NCBI GenBank assembly: GCA_051362555.1
Contig: CM120643.1
Span: 7,564,001-7,628,000 of the forward strand
Reading direction: 5' to 3'
Length of the DNA: 64,000 bases
From: Lingula anatina
Taxonomy: Eukaryota; Animalia; Brachiopoda
Shown one piece after another: positions 25,843-39,359 of the stretch; within the stretch, counting starts at the first letter, position 1; every line of letters starts with the position of its first letter. Made by a program: the position numbers and the translations under genes. The notes under the pieces were generated by a model. It made no database searches, was not told the DNA's origin, and saw only the letters and a program-made list of their open reading frames with translations.

Positions 25843-26324
25843 CAGTGTATGAAATTCAAGGCAATTACTAGCCAGACCGCCAGGCAGGTAACTCTGAAAA
25901 GTTACAAGCCTGGGCATGTAGTTACCTGCCCTAGTTATGATAACCCCTAGAGTTAAGAGAGGTATGCTGAGTGGGTCTAGAATACAATCTTGGGAGAGTA
26001 ATTTGGAAATGAAAGGGCAATATCATGTCTTATGCGTGGAAATTTAAAAATTGGTTGGAATTTCTACTGAATGATACCTTGTCAGTGTTGGATTTAGAGG
26101 GGGGGTCAGGGGGTCCTGATGCCCCCCCCTTTCAATTTCTGCCAAAAAAAAAAAAAAACTCCCCTCTTGAAATAAGACTTTTCACTAGTTGAATCATAGT
26201 TCTAAACCATACCAAATGGCACCATTCACCATCTAAAATACCAAAAAATAGCCAGCCCGTCGGGCGGGTAAGATTTAAAGTTACCAGCCTTGGGCTGGCG
26301 GGCTGGCGGCCATTTCATACACTG
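25843..26324. mobile_element. MITE with CAGTGTATGAAAT TIRs and CCATTTG target duplication
   Basis: TIR CAGTGTATGAAAT / ATTTCATACACTG; empty site GGGCCATTTGTACA in the paralogue near 29986. Confidence 0.85.
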
Positions 26325-28393
26325 CCATTTGTACACCTTTTTCTCCATATAAAAGCCATACAAAAGATGATCTTTTACACCTTTCCTAAAAATTCAAAAA
26401 GTCTAGGAAAAGTGTAGAAAGATGGATAAAAGAGGGCCTTTTAATCAACTTTCAGGAAATACAAAAGCCAAGTTTTCATTCAGTGTAAGATACAATCCTC
26501 TTGGCCTCTGGTTTGGGGCTGTGAAACAATCTCTTCATGCGTACGTGTCTTACAACATAAGATTTATTCTTTTTACTGTAACAGATTTAATTTTATCTAA
26601 ATTATAAAATGATTTATCCTTTTTATGACAAACTAAAAACTTTGCTTTATAAAGACTTACATATATATTTATACGCGTCTTTCATTTGTACCTATTCAAG
26701 TGACTGATACCATACCAAGGAAAAGACATTCAACTAATAAATCATTATACGATCACTAGACAATAGAGACTGGTATACAAAGAGCAGATTTCACTCTGTG
26801 AAAGGCAGGGTTATAAACTGCTAATTTTGGGACTCTGTTAAAGGCAGATGTCTTCATTGTATGAATTGTTTATTCTTATTTTGTTTCATTGTTGTAAATA
26901 AAATCTGTTGCTGATTTATATGCATTGTTTGGTCTTCTGTGAGTTTTGGAATTTAATTGTGTGGACCTACGGCACGTTACATTACTTAGTATTTTGGTAC
27001 AAAATATACAAGCATTTTCATTTTCTTAATTTGTAGGCACAGAAGTGCTTGGGATAATCTCTTAGCTTGTTTTGGGCTGAGAAGAGGCCCTGGTAATTTA
27101 ATAGTGATTCTAGTCTAGTAGTTTTTTAGTAAAAAACTGATGAGAAACATTTGTATAACAGTTTTGCCAGGGGAAAATTGGCAATGCTTCCATGTGAGGT
27201 AAAACTCCAATCTGTAAAAATGACACATCTAACTACATCAAAAGACAATCAGAGTAGTTTTATGGATGGCAACCTAGAAATACAGGTACCCTGTAGGATT
27301 TCTTTTTTAACAATCATTACATGGTTAATTCAAATACATGGTGCTTCGATCTTTACAGGTCACTCAAAAGATTTAGTGTTATAAATTATAAAGATTAAGT
27401 AAATGTAGTACAGCTCTGTTTTTTTTTGTACATGTACTCATGTCTTGGTAAAAAAGCTGACGTACATCTGGAACCAGACCTTTAGGCTCAGGCAGGACAG
27501 GGTTTCTTTACCTGCTTATCAAAATACACCTGAGATGACAGTCTCAGTGGATATAAACACCAACCTGCTTGTGACTATGTTATGAAAGTGGAGACACCAA
27601 AAGAGAAAATCAACACTATCATAAAGTTAGAACAAAAGATAGTACAAGCTGAACATCACAGTAACCCTAAAGGCAAGCATAAAAATCCAGAACACAGTAC
27701 AGAAATATCACCATACAAGTCACAGAACTGTTTGAAAATGTAGAAATGCCTGTCACATAAACAGAGATGGAAGATTTTCAAACAAGCATCAAATAAGCCA
27801 TATACATGTTGGCCCTCATACTCTCTCCAAAGCAAAAGGCAAACTATGGGAAATGAGATCAGAAGATCTGCATAAGCTACTACTTACAGAAAAACCCTCC
27901 ATATTCTTTGAAAGGGGTAAAAATGAAAATATCAAGTTTTAGAAATGTTCCTGTGGAATTTGAGGAGGAAGATTCCCACCAAACACTCAGAATACATCAT
28001 TTTCCCAAGAATTCCTAGGAGATATTAATGCCTTTGAAGAGGTAAACAAGTTAGAACGTTTATGTAGATAAATAAATTTTTTTGAACATAGAAAAGGTTA
28101 GAAATGTGCTAACTAAATGTAAATAGATTTAATCTTATGGAGTTGATCTTGTCTTCCAATATTTGATTAATAGTGCCTTATATCACAGAAGTAGAGAAAA
28201 TGGAATGCCAACTTCAAATCTCGCAGGCTGAGCTTGTGCATGCGCGGGTTGGAGTTGGGGAGGTTGTCTTCCGGTTTCCATACCTCCGTTGCATTCGCCT
28301 GACCATTACGTTATTTTTATGCGTGCAACAGTGAGTGTTCAGGAGATAGCATTGCAATGTAAGTAAAAACTTGTGTATTAGAATATAATTTAG

Positions 28394-29315
28394 ATGCCAG
28401 GAGGGAGTTTTTGTTGTGTTGTCTCATGTAGTGCCTCCTCACAGAAATGCAAGGGTCTTTCTTTTCACAGCTTGCCTAAGAAAGGTAAAATTGATAAATA
28501 ATTATCATTAAGAAAACCATTATACCATAACCTCTTCCCACCTTTTCCTCAAATGAATAACTAACTACTTTCTCAAGAATTGTTAAATAAAATGTTATTT
28601 CAAGATGGATGTCATAATGCACATTTTATACCTTCATAGCAGGACCTCCATGCCTGTTTATATGCTAGATTGTTGATTTCACAAAGAAACTTCCATTCCC
28701 AAGTAAAACACTTTCTCTACTTCTATGAATAAATCTTTTTATATCCACAGGGGTATCTGACGTAACAGATGGATGGAGGACCCAAGTGATCCAATGCATC
28801 AACAGATGTGACAGCTCTTTTAACCCAGGACAAAGCCATGATCTGTTCTAGGAATTTTGAAGAGGATTGTTTCATAAAACGTACAACGCACCAACATAGC
28901 ACTGTACAGAGATTTAGGAAGAAAGTTGGTTGGGTGAAGAGTGGGAAAGACTACTGTCAACTTGTAAGGTTGATCAACCGTCAGAAGAGAGTAAACTGGT
29001 GCCAGAATTCTTTTTTTTTTTCAGAAAGCCAAAAGAAGGATGCAGATCCTGTCTGCCCAAGGATGGCAGACTGAGGTGCGGCAGGCACAAAGCAAGTGCG
29101 CCAATGCTATCAAGTACATGTCTAGCAATGAAAGCGACAAATTTGCCCAGGTTAAACGTACCTTAGGTGTTATATTGAAAACAGCTCAGACAAGAGCAGA
29201 AGGTTCATGCAAAACAGGAAGACTGGAGCAACTCACATCATATCTTTCCCTAATTGTCCAGAGGTTATGTCATGGTTTGTAAAAAGAGATTAAACATTTC
29301 AATTGTTTTCAGTTT
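28394..29315 (+). pseudogene. Second copy of the THAP / Tc1-like / unknown-exon chimaera
   Basis: Near-identical to 10948-11870 including the intron, the same +1 frameshift and the His-to-Asn change. Confidence 0.85.
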
Positions 29316-31094
29316 ACCTGACCAAATGCTGTGTTATTTCAAATAGTATAGAATTTTGGTTCATTATTGTGAAGGTTTTATATGTAGTTTCATTACAGAC
29401 TGAAGTTTACACCTGAAATGAAGTTGTAGCTTCATAGCTAGCTGTTTCTTTTTTATTGGCCATTTTTTGTGTCACATACATAACTGCCAGAAGTAATTTA
29501 ATTTGAATATGTTCCAGGAAATGCACACATTTTTTATCTTTACTGAGAGTGTACCCTATTTATTTGACATACAATAAATGATATAAGTTTATTTAATGTT
29601 TTTTTTTGTCTTATCAAAATATGATTTTATGCCCCCGACTAACATTACATTTAATAAGCTACAAAAGTAGTAGAAATGTACTCTTTTCTATTGTTAAAAG
29701 GCATAAAAAGCTGATCTTTCCTGTGTTAAAAAGGTGTACAAAATTAGCCATTTTCATACATTTTATATATCGAAATATCACATGTTCGTAGAAAAAAAGG
29801 TATCTAAAAGTTGATTTTGTGACACGAAAAAGGTAAGGGAAGCAGGCCATTCATATGCCTTTCGACATGCAAAAGTCTTAAGAATGTTGATCTTTATAAT
29901 GCCTTTTTTGTCAAACAAAAGAGAAATTTTGTTGCAAAAGGCATATAAAAGTTAACCTTTTGTGTATAAAAAAGAAGAAGAAAAGAGGGCCATTTGTACA
30001 TCTTTTTCTCTGTATAATAGCCATTCAGAAGATTATCTTTTACATATTTCCTAAAAATTCAAAAGGTCCAAGAAAGGTGTAGAAAGATGGGTAAAACAGG
30101 GCCTTTTAATCAACTTTCAGGAAATACAAAAGCCAAATTTTCATGCAGTGTAAGATACAGTCCTCTTGGCCTCTGGTTTAGGGATGCAACCCAGGTATTT
30201 TACTTTGCATTTTGGTATAAAATATTTAGCATTTTTATTTTCTTGATTTGTAGGCATACAGAAGTGCTTGGGATAATCTCTTAGCTTGTTTTGGACTGAG
30301 AAGAAACCCTGGTCAGTTAAAAGTGTTTCTAGTCTGACAACCGCTTTGAAGGAGGTAATACTGTATGTTTTAACAAACAGTTGTTACTCATTTTATTGAA
30401 AATGTTTTAAATGTTGTAACTGCACCTTACCAAGCCATATGCTTTACCTGGGTAGGCCTGCAACCTGTAGTTACAGCTGGAATTCACATTCATCATCATG
30501 TTGGATCACGTTGGGTTGTGTCTGCACGTTTTAGCAACAAAGAACTTGTGTATGGCTCTCTAACTCCAAGAATGACACAGGGATATGAACATAAAGAAAT
30601 ACCACAATTACAGGTCCTTGAACCAGATGGAACCCTCATGGACACAAAAAAATTTAAGAAGGACCTAGAAAAGTGTAAAATGGAACTGACCCAGGTTAAC
30701 ACACAGATTTTTAGATAATGGGATAATTTTTTAAAATGAAGAGAAGTCTACCTTTCCTCTATTTCCCACAAATACCTGTTATAGCTGTTGGCAAGTTTGT
30801 CAATTTTGCTCATTAGTGATTGTTGGCATTTTTTGTTTAAATCTAGGGTTATGCATACAAAAATCAAACCACCCAGCCACTTAGACTTACAACACAGATG
30901 ATACAAAAAAAGTTTTTCATGTTGACCAAACTGGCACCTTTTCACTCTGTGTAAGAGAAACAGTAGCTGAAATGTAAGTGTAGCAAATAGAAGTCCCTCC
31001 TCAAATTTTTTGTGAAGTCTATTTATCATGTTGTCTACCGGTACTGTACATGTAATGAAATAATGCAGTCCAAAATTGTTAATTATTTTAACAG

Positions 31095-31470
31095 GGAATC
31101 TTGCAATGACCCAGTCACAATTCTCAGGGCCATTACCAAGAAATATTTAATGGGTCGTCTATTGATGTTGAGCAGGAAGATGAGTTCTGTGAAGGAGACA
31201 CAACATTAGCCCATGTTTCTCGCTCTACTATCTTTGAAGATGGTATGGAAATACTCACAGATTCAACTGTCAACTATCGCCTGCCATTGGAGATAGTATA
31301 TTATGGGGAGGAAGCAGTTGACCTTGGAGATCCTAGAAAACAGTTCTTGACCTCAATGCTGCACACCATAAAAGATTATTTGAAGACGGTGAAGATGGTA
31401 CAGTTTTACTTGTTGGAAATCCTTACCATCAACGTAAAAATCATTACCGTGGTGCTGGGATACTTTTTGG
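31095..31470 (+). pseudogene. G2E3-like HECT E3 ligase N-terminal exon fragment
   Basis: DPVTILR...EGDTTLAHVSRSTIFEDGMEIL...RLPLEIVYYGEEAVDLGDPRKQFL...YRGAG; frameshifts; acceptor near 31094. Confidence 0.75.
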
Positions 31471-31521
31471 TAGGTTGATGGATCATTAAAATCTGTATTT
31501 TTCAAATGCATGTAGATTTAA

Positions 31522-32555
31522 CCCTCAAGTGACCGAGTGGGGTCATTTACGACCCCAGTCATATGATTTAATGTGCCATCTCTTTATTTTTTATTCGAAT
31601 TTTCTTTTCTTGCATGAGTTTGTCAGTCTACTAATCCTACACACTTTCACAGTTTTTTGTAGGGATCAACCAATTAGTGTGGCGTATACATCAAAAACTA
31701 TTGTGGGGTCATTTATGACCCCAAAGAGAAGCATTGGTTTTTACATATTAGTTTTTAAATTTTATTCAAATGTTTTGCCCAAGCAACACTGACAGGAAAA
31801 TGTCACATGCATGTGCTTCATGCAACCAGCCAGTGTGCCCAAAACATAGGCACAAATAAGTGGTTTGTGAAGATTGTGCTTGAAGTGTTACTAATAGTGC
31901 ATCGCTGAATCTAATTTCAGTAGCTTTGTTGGAACTTGTTCTCATAACTGGGTCTCTCATTTTGACGGTTACAATTTTCGGGTATTTCTGAAATCTAAAT
32001 AATTCTGTCGATATCATATTATACATATATTAACAAATTGTTTGTGTGGATTTTGTTTAATACACAGCTGTGGTAGTAACATACATGTAGGTTGATTGAA
32101 TGTGTTCTGAGTAGTATGACTTCCTTACCAGCATTAGGGTATTCCCTACTCAGCAAGTCAGCTAATTATTCTTATTGAAGCTAGCAGGATGCTATCTCAA
32201 CATAAATCAAAATATTTTTACTCAAAGTAATTTTGTAATGTACTTTTTTCATTTAGTGTGGCAAATAAAAAGAGAAATATTTCTGCAAGTGGAAACTGAC
32301 AAGGACTGTCTAAATACCGGTGTAATGTTGTTCTTAAAATCTGTGCTTGGTTATTTCATGCAATAAAAGTATTATTACCAAATACTTATTACATTAGATC
32401 ATTATAAAATACTTGTCTTAAATCCTGGGAGTAGTATGGGTGTGATAAAGCCTCAACAGCCTTTTATAATAAGGATCCCTGTACAGAGCACAATGGGGTC
32501 ATAGATGACCCCACTTGGTCATTTCAGTCAGTAAAATAGCTTGGTCTCTTGAGGG
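31522..32555 (+). mobile_element. Internally deleted piggyBac element
   Basis: TTAA on both sides; TIR CCCTCAAGTGACCGAG / CTTGGTCTCTTGAGGG; subterminal GGGGTCAT..ATGACCCC palindromes; remnant cysteine-rich domain CPSNTDRKMSHACASCNQPVCPKH...CEDC near 31776-31883. Confidence 0.92.
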
Positions 32556-33070
32556 TTAATAAGTTATGACCTTGTTACAAGTGGAAATAAGTGTTCAAAT
32601 AAAATGTACTAGACATGACTATCCAAAACTGCACTTGGATTCTTTTCTTAAAATTTACTAAATCTTTATTGAATCTAATTTATATTATTTTTCAGGGAAA
32701 AGTGTGTTAATGATGCTTCTTAATACTCATTTTTTTATTCTAAACACCTAAAAAAACATTTTATGTTTTATTGAAATTCACTGAATAACAGGTACCTATT
32801 TTAATAATTTACTAAATGTTTATTATACAAACTATAAAATGGTGTTTAAAATTGGAATATGATATTGAACTAGTTTATTATTTCAAGTGAACCATGCAGT
32901 CATGTGATAAGGCATCCCTTCAGTCTTTATGTCACAAAGTAGGGATTTCTGGGAAGTTGACATCTTTCACATCTGTAAGCTGGGATACATTTAAAAAAAA
33001 AGCAGCTGATATTTGCAAAGATGCATGCTGTATTCAAGAGTCACTGGCAAGATGGGCCAGTTGAAGCATA

Positions 33071-33933
33071 GAACTCCTTTCCAAAGAACCTCTTACAACT
33101 AAAGAGTGGAAAATCTTGAATAACATTCCTTTCCAATGTACTTTAGAAACTAAACTGCGCTGGCATCAATTTAGAGTGTCAAAAAGAATTTTAGCTACAA
33201 ATCTTTTTTTACGAAATATTGGGATAAAAGACACAGAGACCTGCTCCTTCTGTAACGAACACCCTGAAACTCTTCAACACTTATTTATTGAGTGCAAAGT
33301 AATTGCTCCCCTTTGGGCAAAAATACAAGACTGGATCCACTTAAAGACTGGACAAATATTACAATTAACAGCATCTGATATAATCTTAGGAATTCCAAAT
33401 AAAAAGTGCAATGCGCTCAATAGCTTGCTGATTATAACAAAATTTACTATTTATAAATTTAAAATGAAAAACATTACCCCGCACATAGAAAATATAAAAA
33501 TAGAATGGAGACAGGTCTATATCGCAGAGAGAAATACAAGTCTGAGAAACATGACAACAGATAAATTCAATGAAAAATGGAAAAAGCTGCATCCTCTTTT
33601 CCTGGACTGATATCTTCTATCTGCGTATGTTTCCGTACCGTTATTAGATAGTAAAACACATATTTGTTTTTATCTGTATTAGATCATAAAGCTTTGTATA
33701 ACTTATTAAGTGTTATCAAGTCTCTTGCTATTAGGTTATCAACATATCATTGTCGACATATATTGTTAATGTATATACACATATATATATACATATTGCA
33801 AATTACTGAGTGTTTGTTTGTGAAAGAGAAGTGAGTGAGATCATAAAGCTTTGTATTATTTAGGTATTATCAAGTCTTTCACTATTAGATTATCAACAGA
33901 TCGTTGTTGACACATATTGTAAATGTTACAGTA

Positions 33934-33975
<42 letters not shown>

Positions 33976-34115
33976 CAAATGACTGAGTGTCTGTTTGAGA
34001 GGAAGAGTGAGTGAAAGAGATATTTTTTAAATTATTTATCAATTATGTATTTTTTTAGATCTGTATTTTTTTTTTTTTTGAGATATGCAATAAAAAAATT
34101 AAAAAAAAAAAAAAA
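33071..34115 (+). mobile_element. 5'-truncated L1/Tx1-clade LINE: ORF2 C-terminal zf-RVT domain, 3' UTR and poly(A)
   Basis: ETKLRWHQFRVSKRILATNLFLRNIGIKDTETCSFCNEHPETLQHLFIEC...KFNEKWKK*, AATAAA and A-tail to 34115; absent from the paralogue at 13310-13350. Confidence 0.92.
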
Positions 34116-34269
34116 GATTACATCAACACGGAACACCTTACAAGGTTGAAAAAGAAAAGGTATAATAAACCGATAATGACAATTTTACAGACGTGTGGTT
34201 GATTACCACCTGAGGCATGGTCTCAGTAATGGCTTTAAAATACATTGCTCTTGGCCTCTGGTTTGGGGA

Positions 34270-34625
34270 TACAACCTGTGGTTAGAGATGGTATTCAAGT
34301 CCATCACGGTGGATCGCATTGGGTTGTCTCTACAAATTTTAGCAACATAACTGTTGTGTATGGCTCTCCAACTCCAAAAGTGACACTAAATTTAAGGGCA
34401 TCCATTCCTGTCATGGGGCTGATGGTGCACTGAGTGAAAAGATACATTCTCCACAGAGACAAGTTGGTGGTCAGGACTGTGGCCTATTTGCCATTGCAAC
34501 AGCTGTGTGTTTAGCTATAACAAGGTTGACCTGTATGACATTGTTTTCAGTCAAGAGCAGATGAGAAGACACTTGTATGAGAGTTTTTGTAGGAGGGGAA
34601 ACTGGTAATGTTTCCATGTGAGGTT
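34270..34625 (+). pseudogene. Ulp1/C48-like cysteine protease fragment (related piece at 30480-30570)
   Basis: IQVHHGGSHWVVS...VY, then QRQVGGQDCGLFAIATAVCL...FSQEQMRRHL; frameshifts. Confidence 0.75.
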
Positions 34626-34919
34626 AAGACCCAATCAGTAAAGGTGACATATATATATATCTATATCAAAAGAGTAGTTTTACCATCATTACATGGTTAA
34701 TATATATATATATGTAGACCTGTAAACAACTTATCTTAGGACCTAATCTAATCTAATATTTTGGCATTTATTTTAAGACAAGTATGACATTAATGTTGAA
34801 AAAGATGTCCTAACTGACCTTGCTGTTAAAATCTCCAATAGAAACCCATCACTGGCACTGGACATAGAAAAAATTCTAAATGACAATATCCCTGGGTCTA
34901 GTGGACAGCCAGGCCCTGT

Positions 34920-34952
<33 letters not shown>

Positions 34953-35114
34953 ACAATATCGGATTTTATTCCCAACAGGATTGGCTAGTTATATTTTAAG
35001 AAATCTTTCTCTGTCAAACAGTAGTAATTATTTAGCGCAAGCTAGAATTTTTTCTCATCGTTGGTTTACTACTGAGCTGTTTTAGTTTTTTTAAGTTTTC
35101 AAATGTGATTTGGA

Positions 35115-35415
35115 ATGGACTTAGTCAGGCCACTGAATAAAACACCCAGAGGAAAGAGGTACATTATTGTTCTAACAGACTTCCTGACAAAGTGGCCAGA
35201 AGCAGAAGCAATTTCAAGCAAGGAAGCCTCAGCTATAGCTTTATCTATAATGAAAGTTGTGTGCTGTTATGTAAGTGTCAAGGTGCTAATTCCCGACCAA
35301 GGGCGCAAATTCTGTAACCAAGTAAATGAGAGATTATGTCAGCAACTTGGAAGTGATCATCGTCATACGACAGCCTGCCATCCCCAGTCAAGTGGACAAT
35401 GTGAAAGCTACAACA
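35115..35415 (+). pseudogene. Retroviral-type integrase core fragment (Ginger/GIN-like or Gypsy)
   Basis: MDLVRPLNKTPRGKRYIIVLTDFLTKWPEAEAI...DQGRKFCNQV...TTACHPQSSGQCESYN. Confidence 0.9.
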
Positions 35416-36144
35416 GCAAAAAGCCAAACTTGGAAGCATGTTAGAAAGTATTTCTCTTGCAAGCATCTCTTTGGAATACCACAAGTACAGGATTGATGGC
35501 ACACTAAAACAAAGGAAAAAGAGAAAGGACCGAATTCCAGACAGAGTAAAAGAGCGGGTAAGGAAAATTCCTCTTAAGCCCTGATATCAGCAGAGAAGTT
35601 TCAGCTGAGAGTAAAGCCATGAAAATCAAAGGGGATGATGGTTTAGTTCAGTTATATGCCAAACACAACATGGTTTTTACCAATGAAGAAGCTCTCCAGC
35701 AGTACAGAGAAATATTTCCTTATGATAAGATTGGTCTCACATCGTTTCAAGCTCAAGTTCACCTTAACCTTAAAAAATGTGATGGCAGTGACCGTGAGGA
35801 GTTTTAGCGATGCAACTGAGCTTATTCATAGACACAAGGAAGAGACAGCATTTCATTATGTGAAAGACAAGCAAGAAAAGAAGAGATGTGAATCTGATAA
35901 GTGTTCATTTTCATTTGTTAAAATGTAAACAATGCTGGATGCATACATAAATGCAATAATTTTCCAGCCTAGTATTACACATAATGTTTGAAATTCAATG
36001 TGTTGCACTGTTAGTGTTAGTCATTTTACTACTACATGTAGTACAAAACTAGTCAAGAGACAAAAACACAAATTGGAATCTTTTTAGGTCAAACACTTGG
36101 TGTATTTAAATAAATAGATAAGAATATCTGATACTGATAGTTCT

Positions 36145-36420
36145 TTCAAAGTGGGAAAAGATCTGGACTATCTAGTGGTAGCTGGTGATGGCAAAGTATA
36201 TTCTCACCTCATGAAATATGTACAAGAATTCAAAGGTGAATTTCATTGGCTACTTCCTTACCTTGGAGAATTTCACACAATAAAAGACTTTAACATTTTT
36301 TACTTAAAATCTATTGTGATGCAGATTTAAAAGAGTCAATTAACTTGTTTCATTTTGGGGCAACATGTAAATCCATGGCTGAAGCCAAGAATTTTGATGA
36401 AACACATATGAACCTTTTTT
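36145..36420 (+). pseudogene. Academ/DUF6589-like transposase fragment
   Basis: YLVVAGDGKVYSHL...FHWLLPYLGEFHTIKDF(fs)LLKIYCDADL...NFDETH fits a V.GD...WL.P..G.+H motif. Confidence 0.5.
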
Positions 36421-38477
36421 TTAAAATGAAATTGAATATATATGTTAAATGAAGTGTGGAGATATTGATTTGTATAATGAAGACATCATTGTTAAACTTG
36501 CTGACATGATGGGAAAAATCTGTTAGAAATTTTTGTTTGAAAAACCAATGAGGCAAATATGAAGGCATGGCAGGAAATTACCAGAAGGTTTGTGCCCATT
36601 TTTTTAAATCAAAAGCACTAGAACAGATGACTTGAATATTGATATTTTAATCTTATAATTCTATCTTCCACATAATAACGTCTTTATAAACATAGGGAAT
36701 TACATCATTATGCATAGCATATTGAAGAGAATTGGAAACATTAAATTTTTGTTTACTTATCACAGAAAAAATTAGTTATATCTTATTGATTTTCAGAGTC
36801 AACAATGTAGGTCTTTTGTTTCAGGTTGTGTCAATTATTGGTGAGACTGCCATTGCTGGGTTTCAAGGAGAACTTGACACATTCCAACAACAAAATCAAA
36901 ATGACAAGTATTCCAAAATTACAGCCGAAGAGCTCAAAATTTTAGTGGACAGGGTATCTGCCAAAAGCGACATTTCCTTTTTTCAAAATTCAGCAGTGTT
37001 AATGTTATAACTAACAGACTGAAAGAAGAAATATGGGAGGCAATAACAAATAAATAAGTTGATTATATTAGTTACTTTGTCAATGCATTGTAATTATTGA
37101 TCCTATTCCTACATTCTTTTTAATTTGGAATGACATGATTAAAATTGAGTAGTGATTACTCACTATGTGACAGAAATTAAAGGAAAAACCTACATTAACT
37201 GCCAGATTTTTTGTTTTTAATGTGAAGTTAAAGGGCTCTTGATGAATAACGGAACATACATCGATCTCGGTCTTCCTGCTTATAGCGTCAACAGTGTGTC
37301 CAAAGTTCACCGAGACAACACGAGTGTACGTAGGAAATGGATAGATTTATGTTCAAAGACAAAACACACAGAAAAACAATGAAGAAACAGTATGGGGAAG
37401 ACAGTGGGCGGTCCCTGCCCATAAGAACTGTCCCCTTTAGAACAAAAGTTTTAAATATAACTGACATTAACAATTTCCTGTAATCATCATAGGTAATGAA
37501 CCTCTAGTGGCTGCAGAGTACAGAAATAAATTGACTTTATTAATATATATTATTTACTCTTTAAAAATTATATATTTTGGTTACTCTTTCTTCTTATATA
37601 AACTTATTTAAATACCTTTTAACACTAATACCATCACTATGCATCAAGACACTGTTTCTAGAATATAAAGTAGGATGCTGAAACTAATATTCAAATCTGA
37701 AGATAAACTAAATTTTTCAGCTTGGGGGAATACGATACAGTCATGCCAGGAGAAGCAGAAGCCAGTTATCCGAGAGAGGAACTGGAAGGTACTTTATTAA
37801 TATCAGTAATCTTAAGACCCATTTTTTTTTTTACATTCACATAATAATTTTTATTACTAATATTTTAACACAAATCATTTTTTGTTAGCAAAAATAAAAA
37901 AACATTTTGCGTTCCTGTATTTTTTAAATAAAAAGTCCTAGATAAAATACTAGTACAACCTAGAAATGCATCAAAGAAACAAGTAAGAATTTTTTAAATA
38001 TTACTTCGCCTTGCATAATGAAGAATAATTTGGAAAAAGCAAGGTACCATTTTATAAAATTTAACATAGGCCTAGACAAACTATATGGGAAGAGAAATTG
38101 TACTTTTAATGCACACTGTTTATTGCATTTCGTCTCGAAGTCGAAGATTTGTTTGATTTTTTTACGAAAGCTTAAATGGTGACCTGAGAAAACAATTTCA
38201 TGGAACCCAGCAGGTAGAATTGCAAATAGTCACAGTGGTGTACATTCAACAAAAATTACCAGAGCTAATTGAACAAGTAAAGGATGGTACAGTGCAGGCC
38301 CTGGTGCAGCAGATGACTAAATGGCCAAGTTTGAAATTTTCAGGCAGGATAGGTAATTCCTCTCATATCCTGTTCCAACCACGCAAGGGTTGTTACAGTT
38401 AAAAGTGAAATCTAAGGGGCCAAGTAATTTTTTGAGTTCTGTTAATGGGCAGGATATATTCTAAAGAAGAACGCCTT

Positions 38478-38660
38478 GACCCAACGAGGAACATGGGGGG
38501 CTTAAGGACAGCACAATATAACAAAAGACCTATCTGCTCACAAAGACAAGACTATATATCAAAAACAGCGTTCAGAAATTGTATCCATCTGTAATGAACG
38601 AGGAGCTATGGTGACAATGTCTCTCAGCGATGAACACTGCCTGTAGCGGACCACGAGTAA
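38478..38660 (+). pseudogene. BEN-domain fragment (frameshift and stop), paralogue of 54750-54948
   Basis: RNMGGLRTAQYNKRPICSQRQDY(fs)KNSVQKLYPSVMNEELW*QCLSAMN. Confidence 0.6.
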
Positions 38661-39359
38661 TTGAAGCAACACCATTGGATAATACTGCCGTTTATTCACG
38701 CAGTGAACAGAACTGAACAGAATCTGAACAGAAACTGAACAAAAACTGAACAGAAACTGGACAAAACTGGTGAAAACTATAAAAAGAAAAGAAAAAGAAA
38801 AAATAATAACAAAACAGTAAAATAATGAGATAAATAAACTAAATATAATAAACAACTTAATTCATGTGATCTTAACAACAAATAATTGATCTTTGCATGT
38901 GTATAAGTTTTTACTATTTATTATTTAATTTTAAAACACTCACACTAGAACAATATCCAGACTCGCTTTCTCCGCTAGTAACTGGCTGCTCAGATACGGC
39001 CATAGAAATCTGAGCTGGTACTCCACTCTGCCAGTAAGTATATAAATGACTGCGCAGAGAACATGCAACATCGGCTTTTATACAGTTCATCACATGACTA
39101 GATGAATAGATGTTACTTAACATTGAGCAGTGTTCTAGTGTCTTCTCTAACGCAATATAAATAAACATAAGAACAGCGTGGAAAATATAAAATAAAAATG
39201 ATAACGTATATAATTTCTGCCGTGTCGGCAACACTGCCAATCGAAATTTGAGGTGTTCACAAAAGATCAACGTATAGGAAAGCTAACAAGTGCTTCCCTA
39301 CAATACACATTCTTGGCTGATTGAGGCAACGTTTGAAAAAGCAACCAATTAACTTACAG

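Noticed and set aside
27480-27900. Penelope-like N-terminal fragment (QKIVQAEHH)
   Set aside because: Too decayed; no RT or GIY-YIG motif nearby
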